Source: Octopus sinensis
Taxonomy: Eukaryota
Length of the DNA stretch: 64,000 nt
Direction of reading: 5' to 3'
Assembly: GCF_006345805.1 (NCBI RefSeq)
Contig: NC_043014.1
Coordinates: 434,001-498,000, forward strand
Shown here: positions 25,135 through 35,441 of the stretch, piece by piece
Numbering within the stretch: the first letter of the stretch is position 1
How the letters are laid out: each line of letters begins with the position of its first letter
Notes under the pieces: model-generated
What the model saw: the letters and a program-made list of their open reading frames with translations, nothing else
Databases searched by the model: none
Told to the model about the DNA's origin: nothing
Translations under genes and position numbers: made by a program

Positions 25135-25530
25135 TCTTAAATGGGCCTGACAGGCAACACGGGCCTTCTGAATCACAGCATGTCTTCAAAGGTCTCGGTC
25201 TCCTATTACTGCCTCTGTGAGGCCCAATGTTCGACGGTTACGCTTCACCACCTCACCCCATATCTTCTTAGGTCTACCTCTTCCACAGGTTCCCTCTACT
25301 GTTAGAGTGTGACACATTTTTACACAGCTGTTCTCATCCATACGCAACACATAACCATACCAGTGTAGTCGTCTCTCTTGCACACCACATCTGATGCTTC
25401 TTAGGTCCATCTTTTCTCTCAGGATGCTTACACTCTGTCATCTATGCACACTGACATTACGCATCCAGTGGATCATACTAACTTCAGTTCTCTCAAGCCT
25501 ACGCATGTCCTCAGCAGTCATGGCCCTGTG
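25135..25530 (-). mobile_element. RTE LINE 3' remnant
   Basis: RCGVQERRLHWYGYVLRMDENSCVKMCHTLTVEGTCGRGRPKKIW. Confidence 0.85.
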
Positions 25531-25583
25531 GCTAAGAGGGTTTTTAAATTTAATCTATTTTTTAATGAAATTTCTAATTGCAG

Positions 25584-25721
25584 GGAATTGGATTTCTAAC
25601 AGTGAAGTGCAACATTTTATTGAATTACATCACAGATTTGTCTCTCGTTCTTTTGGAGAAGGCAGAAGGAAATACTTTGGAAAAGAATGAAGCAGTTCAA
25701 AGGCTTGTGGAAAACAGAATT
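25584..25721 (+). CDS. NGDN: NGDN exon 3 (GIGFLTVKCNILLNYITDLSLVLLEKAEGNTLEKNEAVQRLVENRI)
   Basis: Sas10/Utp3/C1D-domain motif G..FL.VK...LL.Y..DL. TTGCAG| and ATT|GTGAGT. Confidence 0.93.
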
Positions 25722-26498
25722 GTGAGTGAGTTAATGCCATTTCTCTGAGGAAGGTTTGGTAACAAATGCTTCCTTTCACTACTTACCCTTACTCTCAAAA
25801 TTCCTTGCTTCTGCCTAAATCTGAATCTTCTGCTGCTGCTGTTGTTGTTGGAGCAACAGCAGCAAGCTGGTAGAAAGCTGGTAGAACTCTAAGTTCACCA
25901 GACAAAATGCTTGGCAGTGTTTGTCCATCTTTACATTCTGAGTTCAAATTCTGATTGAGGTTGACTTTACCTTTCATCCTTTTGGAGTTGCTAAAATGAG
26001 TACCAGTCAAGTACTGGGGTCAATATAATCGACTTGCCCCTCTGGCCATGCTGCAGCAGCTCCTCTGGACACTCTATTCCCCATTCCCTTTGTATTCTTC
26101 TCAATATCTTTCAATATTGTCCCCAACACTAATTGGCATTGTTTCACAGCCAAGCTATCTCATTAACGAGGCAGTGAATCATTAGCACACCAAATAAGAT
26201 GTGTAGTGGCATTTCTTGTGGGTATTTACATTCTGAGTTCAAATCCCACCAAAGTTGAATTTGCCTTTCATTATTTCAGGGTCAGTAAAATAATTACCAG
26301 TCCAGGGGGGAGTGGGGGGAGTCAGTATAATTAATTACTACCTTCTGTGAAAAATATTTTTAAAAAACAGGCCTTGTGTCTATTGTAGGAAGGATTATTA
26401 TTATTATTGTGATTATTATTATTATTATTATTATTGTTGTTGTTGTTATTATTATTATCCTATTCCATGATTCCTGCTGTTCTTTTGTATAATGTTAG

Positions 26499-26580
26499 AT
26501 ATGGGAGAAGATTTTACCCATTGACAATAAACTCAAGTATCAAATCGACAAAGTCGTCCAGTCGGCTGTAACAGGCAAAG
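26499..26580 (+). CDS. NGDN: NGDN exon 4 (IWEKILPIDNKLKYQIDKVVQSAVTGK)
   Basis: EK..P.D.KLKYQIDK signature. AAG|GTGAGT. Confidence 0.95.
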
Positions 26581-27439
26581 GTGAGTGGTTTTAATATGAA
26601 TTATTGTGATTTATTATAAGTTATCATGAACGTGTAATTGTAATTCTTAACAGAAATTGGTTATGTCCGACTCCATCCCTCACAAATTTCATAAAGACAT
26701 AATTACCTTTGATCTGCTTTGAGCCAATATTCTGCAGGTGAAACAGCATTGAAAACACTGAAAGTGATGTGTGTGGTGGCCACCACCACCATCAACAACA
26801 ACAACATTTTAATCTTTTTGTTGCCATATTTCTATTAATATACACCTCCTTTGTATAGAATAATGAAGGATTTAGTAAGAAGACTTTGTCATCGCTAAGC
26901 AGATGTTTGGAATATAATTTGAAATTTTGGTGAAAGATTTAAATTTAGAACAATTTAAAAGAGGAAGATTTTATTGTAGACTGAGAGAGGAGAGTGTTGG
27001 GTGAGATGGAATGGAAACGGTCGATCAATTGGAGAAGATAAAGAACAATAAGAACAACAAATGGTGAATTGCAACTGTAATACAGCAGCACACTACTACT
27101 ACTACTACTTCCCATCCTTTGTCCCCTTTACTCGAGATTTTGACCTCTCGTCTCCTCCGCTCTTCTTACATTTTGCTCATTGAGCGATTGACAGAACCTC
27201 TCTCATCAAACCCTACTGTTTTAGAAAAAGTGACATTTGTTAAAATGGTTCTGGGTTCCCTTCCCAGGAATAGGACGAGATAGTGATGGCTGGAATGTCT
27301 GCTGGGTCAAGGCTGACCTAGGGCTAAACAACATCTTTCTCATCACCTGATTCCCTTCACTTACATCACACAACACTTATTCACCCATCACACATTGCCA
27401 TCCATTTACTTCACATTTCCAGACCAATGCACAGCTGTC

Positions 27440-27461
27440 TGTCTGTCTGTCTCTCTGTCTG

Positions 27462-27532
<71 letters not shown>
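27440..27532. repeat. (CTGT)n/(CT)n/(CA)n microsatellite in NGDN intron 4
   Basis: Direct inspection. Confidence 0.9.
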
Positions 27533-27533
<1 letters not shown>

Positions 27534-27709
27534 GCATAAATATATGTCTGCATACTCTCACACTTACGTGGTGATGATAAAAGAGGCAGGGACTTGGAAC
27601 AGAAATAAAATGCCACGAACGAAAATTTAGAAGATATTATTTTTAAGTAAAGAATTAATTAAGAAGAGTAAACGAGTGAAAATGACCAGCCTTGTAATAT
27701 TGTTTTCAG

Positions 27710-27762
27710 ATGTTACGGATGCTTTGAAATATCGAGCCAAACCTGAAAATCTGATCCCAAAG
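27710..27762 (+). CDS. NGDN: NGDN exon 5 (DVTDALKYRAKPENLIPK)
   Basis: D.L.(F/Y)...P.N motif. TTTTCAG| and AAG|GTAAGA. Confidence 0.9.
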
Positions 27763-27930
27763 GTAAGACATCAACAACATCACAATTAAATCCGTTTCTT
27801 TGTATTTCCTATGTTGTTCCCACAATGACTATGCCCCACCTCTTCTTCTTGCCCTCTCTAATTATGTATGCATATCCTTCATATTGGCTATAGAATCTTA
27901 ACTCTGTGTATATATTGTTCATATTGTTAG

Positions 27931-28027
27931 CTTGAAGATGAAGATGATGATGAGAATGATGCAGAAGAAGCAGGACATCATAACATAAAACCCTACGTTC
28001 CTCCTAAATTGGCTGCTGTCCAGTGTG
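27931..28027 (+). CDS. NGDN: NGDN exon 6 (LEDEDDDENDAEEAGHHNIKPYVPPKLAAVQC)
   Basis: Acidic tract and YVPP(K/R)L motif. Phases consistent. Confidence 0.92.
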
Positions 28028-28078
28028 GTTTGTGTTTCACTTTCTCTCTCTTTTATCTCATAGATATATATAAGTGTA

Positions 28079-28129
<51 letters not shown>

Positions 28130-28705
28130 ATGCATGTATGTACTACACAATTACATGTGTATGCACACACACACATGCAGTTAAGGTATGTGTCTTAATG
28201 GTATTTCGGTATTTGGTTTGGTTGATGATTGTAAGGTCATAACTTTGATACCTAGTGACATGCTGTGTCCTTGAGCAAGACACTTTATTTCACTTTATTG
28301 CTCCAGCTGCCACTCAGCTGGCAACAATGAGTTGTACCTGTAATTCACAAGGGGCCAGCCTTGTCACATTCTGTGTCACGCCGACTCTCCCTGAGAGCAA
28401 CTATGTTAAGGGTGTGCATTGTGTTTGTGGAGTACTCAGCCTGTTCTGTTGATTGGATCAGTTGGAACACTTGTTGTAACTGACAGTACCAGTAATACAC
28501 ACGTATGTGTAATGTTTTATTTACCATGTACAGGGAGATCATTTTGAATAACTTATTGGGCCTTATTAAAAGAATCAGGTCAAATCTAATTAACTTGTTA
28601 GAGCAAATTTAATTACCCATTTTGTCATGTTAAATTTATTTAATTAACTTGTCAGATGAAATTTAAATAAGTTGCTCAGTGAAATTTCATGAATTAATTT
28701 TCCAG

Positions 28706-28827
28706 GTCAAATGACGGCCGAAGAACGTCGGGAGAAGCTGATTGAGAGAGCAAAGAAACGAGCCCTTGGCAGTACACTGCTACAGGACTTGAAACGAGAA
28801 TATGATGAGGGACCAGAGGAATATATG
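28706..28827 (+). CDS. NGDN: NGDN exon 7 (GQMTAEERREKLIERAKKRALGSTLLQDLKREYDEGPEEYM)
   Basis: ERAK(K/R)RAL.S....LK..Y...PEE motif. ATG|GTAAGC. Confidence 0.95.
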
Positions 28828-29158
28828 GTAAGCAGAGTTTTTGTGTGTGTGAAGAATTTGGTGTTTTGTAGCTCTGTCAAGGATTGATTTGTTACCATGT
28901 CTGACGTTGACAACACAAGGAAGGTAATATGTAAATTAGTCAATTAACAAGATATAGTATTGAAGGAAAGAGATGATTGTGTGTTCAGCTGCCCACACAT
29001 CCATACTGTATCTCTTTCTCTGTCTAAAATATCTTCTGATTCAGAAATCTCCGTTTGGTACCAACACTGCCGTACAACTAACACTGAAACAGTTTGAACG
29101 ATCAGGTTACGTAGCGTTTGACGTTGTTGTAAAGCAAATATTTTCTCTTCCATTCCAG

Positions 29159-29214
29159 GAAAGTAACAGTTTACACAGAATTAAAGAAAATAAAGAAGCA
29201 AAAGAAAGAATACG
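29159..29214 (+). CDS. NGDN: NGDN exon 8 (ESNSLHRIKENKEAKERIR)
   Basis: TTCCAG| and CG|GTAAGT. Phase 0 to 2 fits exon 9. Confidence 0.85.
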
Positions 29215-30036
29215 GTAAGTGGTTGATACTACAGCCTATACTCTGTTTAGGGGTCATAGACATTCTGTAGTCTAGTTCACAAAACTGGTTGTGTGGCTAT
29301 TTTACTAGAGTCAAATAACTTGGAACAGTCCATTGCTCCAGCTGTATCTGTACCACGTTGAGGGCCATATTGCACCACCTGACAAGCTGAGGTCTTTCAT
29401 GTGACCACTGGTTTCTCTTATTCAGTCTGTTTCTCCATGTCTGTCGAGTGTAGGGTTAGACAAGATAAACTTAGCCAAAGTGTGACCCCTTTTACACTCA
29501 ATAAGGGTTCGTCTCTCAACACGATTCTGGTGACAGCAGCAATAGTCCTCTTCTGCTTCTACTTCCTCTTTGTCCTTGACCATCATCTTCATCAAATAGG
29601 TTGGCAACAGGAAAGGAATCTGGTTGTAGAAAATCTGTCTTAACAAATTCTTCTTTGAGCCATGCAAGCATAGGAAAGCAGACATTAAAACAAACAACAA
29701 TGGTGTGTGTGCGATCATTATCGTTTACTGTCCATGTCAGCCACTTTACAGGTGGTTCTGGGTGCTTTTAACGTGGGACTGATCAGGTGTATGTATATAT
29801 AAAGCTGTATTTAAATAAAAAGGTAAATGAAAATTTATGAAATGCTACTTCATCATTCTCCTTATTATTATTATTATTTATATATGCACACAGCTGATCA
29901 GTGCCACTTTGAAATTGCTTGTTTTGGAATTTTAGAGGGACAATGTCTGGAGAAATATTAAAAATTCCAATATCACATGTTGAATTCCAAAGACTAAACT
30001 CTAAAGTAATTGACATTTGGTTTTGTTCCATTGCAG

Positions 30037-30085
30037 TTATGAAGAAGAAAACTTTGTCAGACTTCCAGTCAGCAAGAAAGAGAAG
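30037..30085 (+). CDS. NGDN: NGDN exon 9 (YEEENFVRLPVSKKEK)
   Basis: YEE...VRL.VSK.EK motif. AAG|GTAAAG. Confidence 0.92.
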
Positions 30086-30831
30086 GTAAAGGTTTTGAAA
30101 TATAAAAATATTGAAAGTTTCAGTCATTTTCAAGAAGAGTTAAAATGGTAATATTTGAGATAAAGATGATGAGGATTAAAAATTTATTAAAATAGCTTAA
30201 AACGAATAAAATGGCATCCAAGATAAATTCTTGATTTATTTGAGGTTACCTTTGCTTTGGGATAAACAGATGCCTAGTGGTAGTTGCAAATGTAGAATTC
30301 TCTGAAATTGAAAAACCATTACAGAAAAGCGAATCTGATTGAATGAAGACAAACGGACAGCTGTTTCCAGGTGTAATCTGCCTCAGTTGCTATTGTCAGC
30401 ATAGTAGTTGCTCCAGCTTGACTGAGGCTTAATCACACAAAAAGAGGAAATATTTATGACTAATTAAAGCAAATTGTACTCAGAGAATCAACTTAGAATG
30501 GCCAGTGGCATGTATGAATACATTGAAGACAGGTATGTTAAATATGATACAAGATGGATTCTTGTCTTCACGAACACATCTTCTCCCTGCCTTTTGACTA
30601 CAAACTCCAGGTAAGGAGAAGAGCAACGTATTCAAAGCTGTCCCCTTTCTCCAGCTGATCAGATTGTGTTTTTAAACATGTCATTTTTAGGGGTGTGGGT
30701 TAGGACAAGCACTCTTAGACACCCAGGATAGTGGTGTTGGCCAACCCCATGGAAATACCAAAGGACCAGGTGAGATTTGCTTCTGTTTGTCCCAAACCAG
30801 TCCGTTGATTGTTGTCTCCCTTTATTTGCAG

Positions 30832-30927
30832 ATGGCGTCTCGAAGACTTACCACATCAGCTTCTCTCGGTCAACTTGCCAACTTTGAAAATATTAACGTT
30901 CTTTATGATGAAAATGATTTTCACCTG
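30832..30927 (+). CDS. NGDN: NGDN exon 10 (MASRRLTTSASLGQLANFENINVLYDENDFHL)
   Basis: TTTGCAG| and CTG|GTAAGA. Aligns to the L..L..F..I..L region. Confidence 0.85.
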
Positions 30928-31876
30928 GTAAGATAACCTTTTTCTCTAATTACTTCAAATAAATTCTTCATTAAAACTTCCAAATAATAGCAAAATGTGT
31001 GTGTCATTGTGAGCTGGTCATTGTCTGAAGAACAGCGTGCTGACTGGATTTATGCAGAGCTGGAAGGGACAATACATATGTAGAAGGACCCTATACCAAT
31101 AACCCCAAAGCCTCAACTGATAAGAACCCCCCACAGCAACGCAGTGATGACAGAAATATTGTCATTGATAAGAAAGAGGACAAGGCCATGTGCCTCTTGT
31201 TTCTTTTGTTGTTGAGGGCCTGACAAGGAGCAAATTGTTTCAGGGACTCACCATCAGCATCACGGAATCAGCTACACCTGAATTACAATAGCTTCCTGGC
31301 TTTCCCTGTTCCACGGCTCCCATCTGCTCTACACACACACACACACTTGTAGAACAGGATTTGTACAGTTTCCATCTCCAATTCACTCAGGTCAGCTCAA
31401 AATTACAAGAAAAGTGACCCAAGCTGCTATGCAGTGTAATTGAACCCCTAACCCCTTAGCTGAGAAGCTAATATCTCAGTCTCACACCACTGTTTGTGCG
31501 TGTGTGCACATAGACACGCACAATATTGCAAGAAAGCAGTGCAGCCACAAGGATGTGGAGGAGGGTTGTGAAGGGATTCAGTGCCCCAAACACACATGTT
31601 GTTGGTAAAGAACAAGAGTTGACTGAGTTGACAGAGTGTTTTGTTGTATAGTCAGTTCAGCACCCTTACATGGTTTAGTTTAACTTGTTGGGTATATAGA
31701 CATAGGTGTTATTCTGGGTATGTGGGGTAGACAGACACAGTTGAGGTTGATGTTCTGTATAGTCTGGCATATGAGCCAAGTAGACCACTCATCAGTGGAC
31801 ACAGGCATCGGGTGGTGCCTATCCAAGTAATGGGGTCATCTCCATGTTTAACTATATTTTTGTCTTCTTTCTTTAG

Positions 31877-31909
31877 GATGAACCAAGCAAGAAAAAGAAA
31901 AAAATGAAG
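31877..31909 (+). CDS. NGDN: NGDN exon 11, 33-nt (DEPSKKKKKMK)
   Basis: CTTTAG| and AAG|GTAAGT; phase 0-0. Confidence 0.85.
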
Positions 31910-32437
31910 GTAAGTTTGAAAAATAATTTTGAAGTTTGGAATTTGCCCTAGTCTTAAATTTTGTCTTATCGATGATTAGTCGTCTCTTAGTTATTAATCT
32001 TATCTTAGCTATGATTTAATTTAATCTTAGTTATGACTTAATCCTATAACAATGACAATAATGATAATGGTTCAGATTTTAGCCCAAAGCCAGCAATTTC
32101 AAGGAAGCAGGTAAATCGATTACCCTGGCCCCTCTGCTCAGCTAGTTCTTATTTGGCAGAATCTGAGCTCAGAACCTAAAGACGTGCAAAGCATGTGACT
32201 TGGTGTGCAAACAATTCTGCCACCTCACTGCCTTGTAATAATGATAATAGTTTTGTTCCTTTTATTCTGTCCTGTTATTGAAATTATTTTCAGTCCTAGA
32301 GTTACAGTGAATGTAAAACTTACTTGATTTGATGCCACTTTGTGTGTGTGCGAGAAAGAGAATGCATCTGTGTGTCTTTGTATGTGTTAATGTGTATATT
32401 CTACCTGTTACTAAGTATGTCTTATTTACTCTTGCAG

Positions 32438-32456
32438 GGTAAAGGGAAGAAAAAAG
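32438..32456 (+). CDS. NGDN: NGDN exon 12, 19-nt (GKGKKK-G)
   Basis: CTTGCAG| and AAG|GTGAGC; phase 0-1. Confidence 0.8.
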
Positions 32457-32599
32457 GTGAGCAGTTAACGGATTTTTATGAGTGTATGTCTGTATATGTC
32501 TGTAGATATGTTTGTGTGTAATATATATTTATGCAACACATAGTTTGAAATGCATGCATGTATGTATATATGTATGTTTATGTATGTACATGAGTGGCA

Positions 32600-32651
<52 letters not shown>

Positions 32652-33650
32652 CATATAGAGAGAGAGAGAGAGAGAGAGAGAGGTGCAAGTATAGCCCATA
32701 TGTTTACAAAGTTGGTTTCACAAGCACCATGTCGCAAGTTCAAACCCACCACACAACACCTTGTCTTCTTCAGCTTAACAAAATGTCTTAGCAAAAGTTT
32801 GGTTCACACAAACTCTGCACAAACCCATTCTCCGTCATCGTCATAGGTTTAACATCTACTTTCCATTGCCAGCATGGGCCACACTAAACTTATTGAGGCA
32901 GTTCTATGATCAGTTGTTCTTCCCATCGCTAGTTTCTGGTTAATATAATATTTTCCAAGATTACAGAAGAACGACCGCTTGTCATTGTGGTTAGCCATTT
33001 CTATGGCAGATTGGGAACAAAGACACTGTTGTGTGTAGAGCGATGTTTTTAGACAGCATCATCCAAATATTTCTTTCTACAACTGACATGGGTCCTGGAA
33101 TTTTAGAGATGGTGAGGTATTAGTTGATTACATGGGATTGAGGAGGGTCCTGCAGAGGACCAACAATCTAGGAGAGAAAGATTGGGGTTAGTAATTGGTG
33201 TGGGACATGGAATCAATGGACACAACACGGATGATGGGAGGAGTACTTGAGCAATGGCATGAGTCCAGCCATGAGAAGCAGAAGCCATTACAGTAGTGAT
33301 GTAAATGGTGTGGGTGTGTTCCCTCTGTTGGTGCTTGACTTGTCCTCACTTGCAGTATTTGTCTTTATTTATTCTGACATAACAAGAAAACCAAACTGTT
33401 TCACCATATCTGACCCCTTCCACTTTTAAAAAGGTGGGGAAAACCAGAATGAGGTAAGGACAGACATGGTGGCATACAAGAGAATCCAAAGACTTAGTCT
33501 TCAGTAATATGACAACATTAATGATGCATAATGAGTGGTGGTGGTGGTGGTGGTGGTGGTGGTGGCGGTGGCTGTTTATGTTATTTGTTGACAGAAGAAA
33601 TTGTATTTGTTGGATCTGAATTTTGTTAATTTTAATTTTCTTATTTTCAG

Positions 33651-33676
33651 GTTTCAAAAAGAAACGGAAACTTTAG
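33651..33676 (+). CDS. NGDN: NGDN exon 13 (GFKKKRKL*)
   Basis: Long pyrimidine tract then TTTTCAG|. Parallels vertebrate GFRRRR; TAG stop. Confidence 0.88.
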
Positions 33677-33691
33677 ACAGCATTTCTGATT

Positions 33692-33697
33692 AATAAA
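33692..33697 (+). terminator. Probable NGDN polyadenylation signal
   Basis: AATAAA 16 nt after the stop, with a T-rich downstream region. Confidence 0.55.
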
Positions 33698-34491
33698 AAT
33701 TATTTTGTGAATTCTTGTTATTCTAATTATTATAATTATGTTGTGTAACCCCAGGTAAATGTTGATCAATCAAAGATATTCCAACCATGACCCTCCTGAC
33801 TTTTGCAGAGATCTGAGAACAACCGACAACTGGATGCAACATGTTCTTTTATAAAATGATGTGACCTGGCTGCTATTTCAAGTAGCTCAAACATCCATAT
33901 AGGGGCTTCCTAAATTATTATTAACTAGATGCTTGTATGGTTCAGAACTCTGCTTCCCAAGCATGTGTTTCCAGGTTCAGTCCCACTGCATGGCACCTTG
34001 GCCAAATGTTTTCTACTATAGCCTCCTCAGGCTAAGAAAAACCTTGTCTCTGGATTTCTTTTGGCAGAAACTGAAAGAGGCATCTCATGTGTCCATGCGT
34101 CTCTGTGTGTTTTTGTCTTGACATCGTGTGACGGTTGTAAATTAGCCTCACCATCATCATACAAGCAGTCATTTCCCCCGTCTTCTGTGGTAATATGTCT
34201 GGCCATGGGGTAAAATTACTTTGCCTGGGAATATGTAAAGGTTGGTGATAGGAAGGACATCCAACCATAAAGAATTTGAATGAATTCTGTCTGATTCATG
34301 CAAGCATGGAAAAGTGGACATTAAAATGATGATGACTGTATGGAGAAGTAGAGCAGTTGATGAGATGCCATTGTATTCCTTCTTCAAATGCTTCCGATGT
34401 CAACTTTATTTTCCATTCTTCCTGGACCAAAGTAAAAATATTAAACAATTCACCATTTTGGCACCAACCTTCCTGAGAATGATTTAAAGTA

Positions 34492-35441
34492 CCATAAATC
34501 CTCGAGTATAGTCCGCCCTTGTGTATGATACGCAGGGGATTTTTAGGGGGCTGTACCTCTGAAAAGCCTAAACCTTGTGTATAATACACACCCCTTCTCT
34601 AACTTGAGTCAAGGAGGTCTATATAACATCCTTGGTTTGTAAAAATGTATACGGCAACGTCCTTTATTATTGCCTTCTTGACTTCTTTATCTTTGGCATC
34701 TGTTTAATTTCATCTTTATTTCTTCTCCATAACCTGACATTGCTTTCGTCAGCATCAAATTTTCTTCCGGCGGCCCTATTACCATGCTCTTCAACATATG
34801 ATATAACTTCAAGTTTAAACATAGCTGAATAAGATCTACGAGGCATTTTATGGACATGTAATGTATAAAATGCTTTATTGGAGATAAATGTACAGGTTTA
34901 AGTCCCGCTTATAAAAAACAAACCCTAGTAAAGACCCACAGTAGTTCAAACATTTAATACTGGTATCTAATTAAGTATCTATTGTTTGCCATGGTAAGGA
35001 TGCAAACTGCCAATACAAACAGCAGGATGAGCTATTTAGCACTAAACTATTAAGCACAATTCATGCGTAATTAAGCCAGCAGTACCTAGTCGAACAAACA
35101 CTTCCGCACATGTGTAATACAATAATGGTGATGTTCTTAACTGTTATATGGGAATGTAAATATGTTTGCAAATTGTTTTTGTTACATGTTATTCTGTGTT
35201 CTGAATACTTTTATTTTAATAAATGTTGCTTACTGCAAGTTATGGATGATTCTTTTATGCTTTCATTGCTTAGCTTAAGGTATTTTCGCGCCCAACATCA
35301 CAAAATGCGTCTGAATAAATATTGCTGGACAGTAAATAGAGACTCGGACATTGCTTAGAAAACCTTGTATATAGATTGCACTAGGGAATTTGATCTTTAA
35401 ATTTTGGAAATAAAAAACTGATTAAACTTGAGGATTTATGG
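34492..35441 (-). mobile_element. Complete 950-bp non-autonomous pogo/Tigger-family DNA transposon
   Basis: TA|CCATAAATCCTCGAGT ... ACTTGAGGATTTATGG|TA: 16-bp TIRs (1 mismatch) and TA TSD. Internal BrkDBD ORF. Confidence 0.88.
34667..34846 (-). CDS. 59-aa Brinker-type (BrkDBD/POGK-like) HTH DNA-binding ORF, truncated pogo transposase
   Basis: MPRRSYSAMFKLEVISYVEEHGNRAAGRKFDADESNVRLWRRNKDEIKQMPKIKKSRRQ*, matching the RRSY...FKL.V..Y.....N..A...F......VR.WR pattern. Expression unknown. Confidence 0.6.
   Translation of the reverse strand: MPRRSYSAMFKLEVISYVEEHGNRAAGRKFDADESNVRLWRRNKDEIKQMPKIKKSRRQ

Noticed and set aside
26707-26757. 51-nt minus-strand exon-like segment (CTTTCAG|...AAG|GTAATT)
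   Set aside because: No recognisable peptide or partner exon; lies antisense in an NGDN intron; consistent with chance.
31144-31222. C/D-box snoRNA-like GTGATGA...CTGA in NGDN intron 10
   Set aside because: No terminal stem and no convincing rRNA-complementary guide.
34988-34999. GCCATGGTAAGG identical to the minus-strand motif at 44221-44232
   Set aside because: A single 12-nt match, inside a transposon, with no flanking similarity; chance is plausible.
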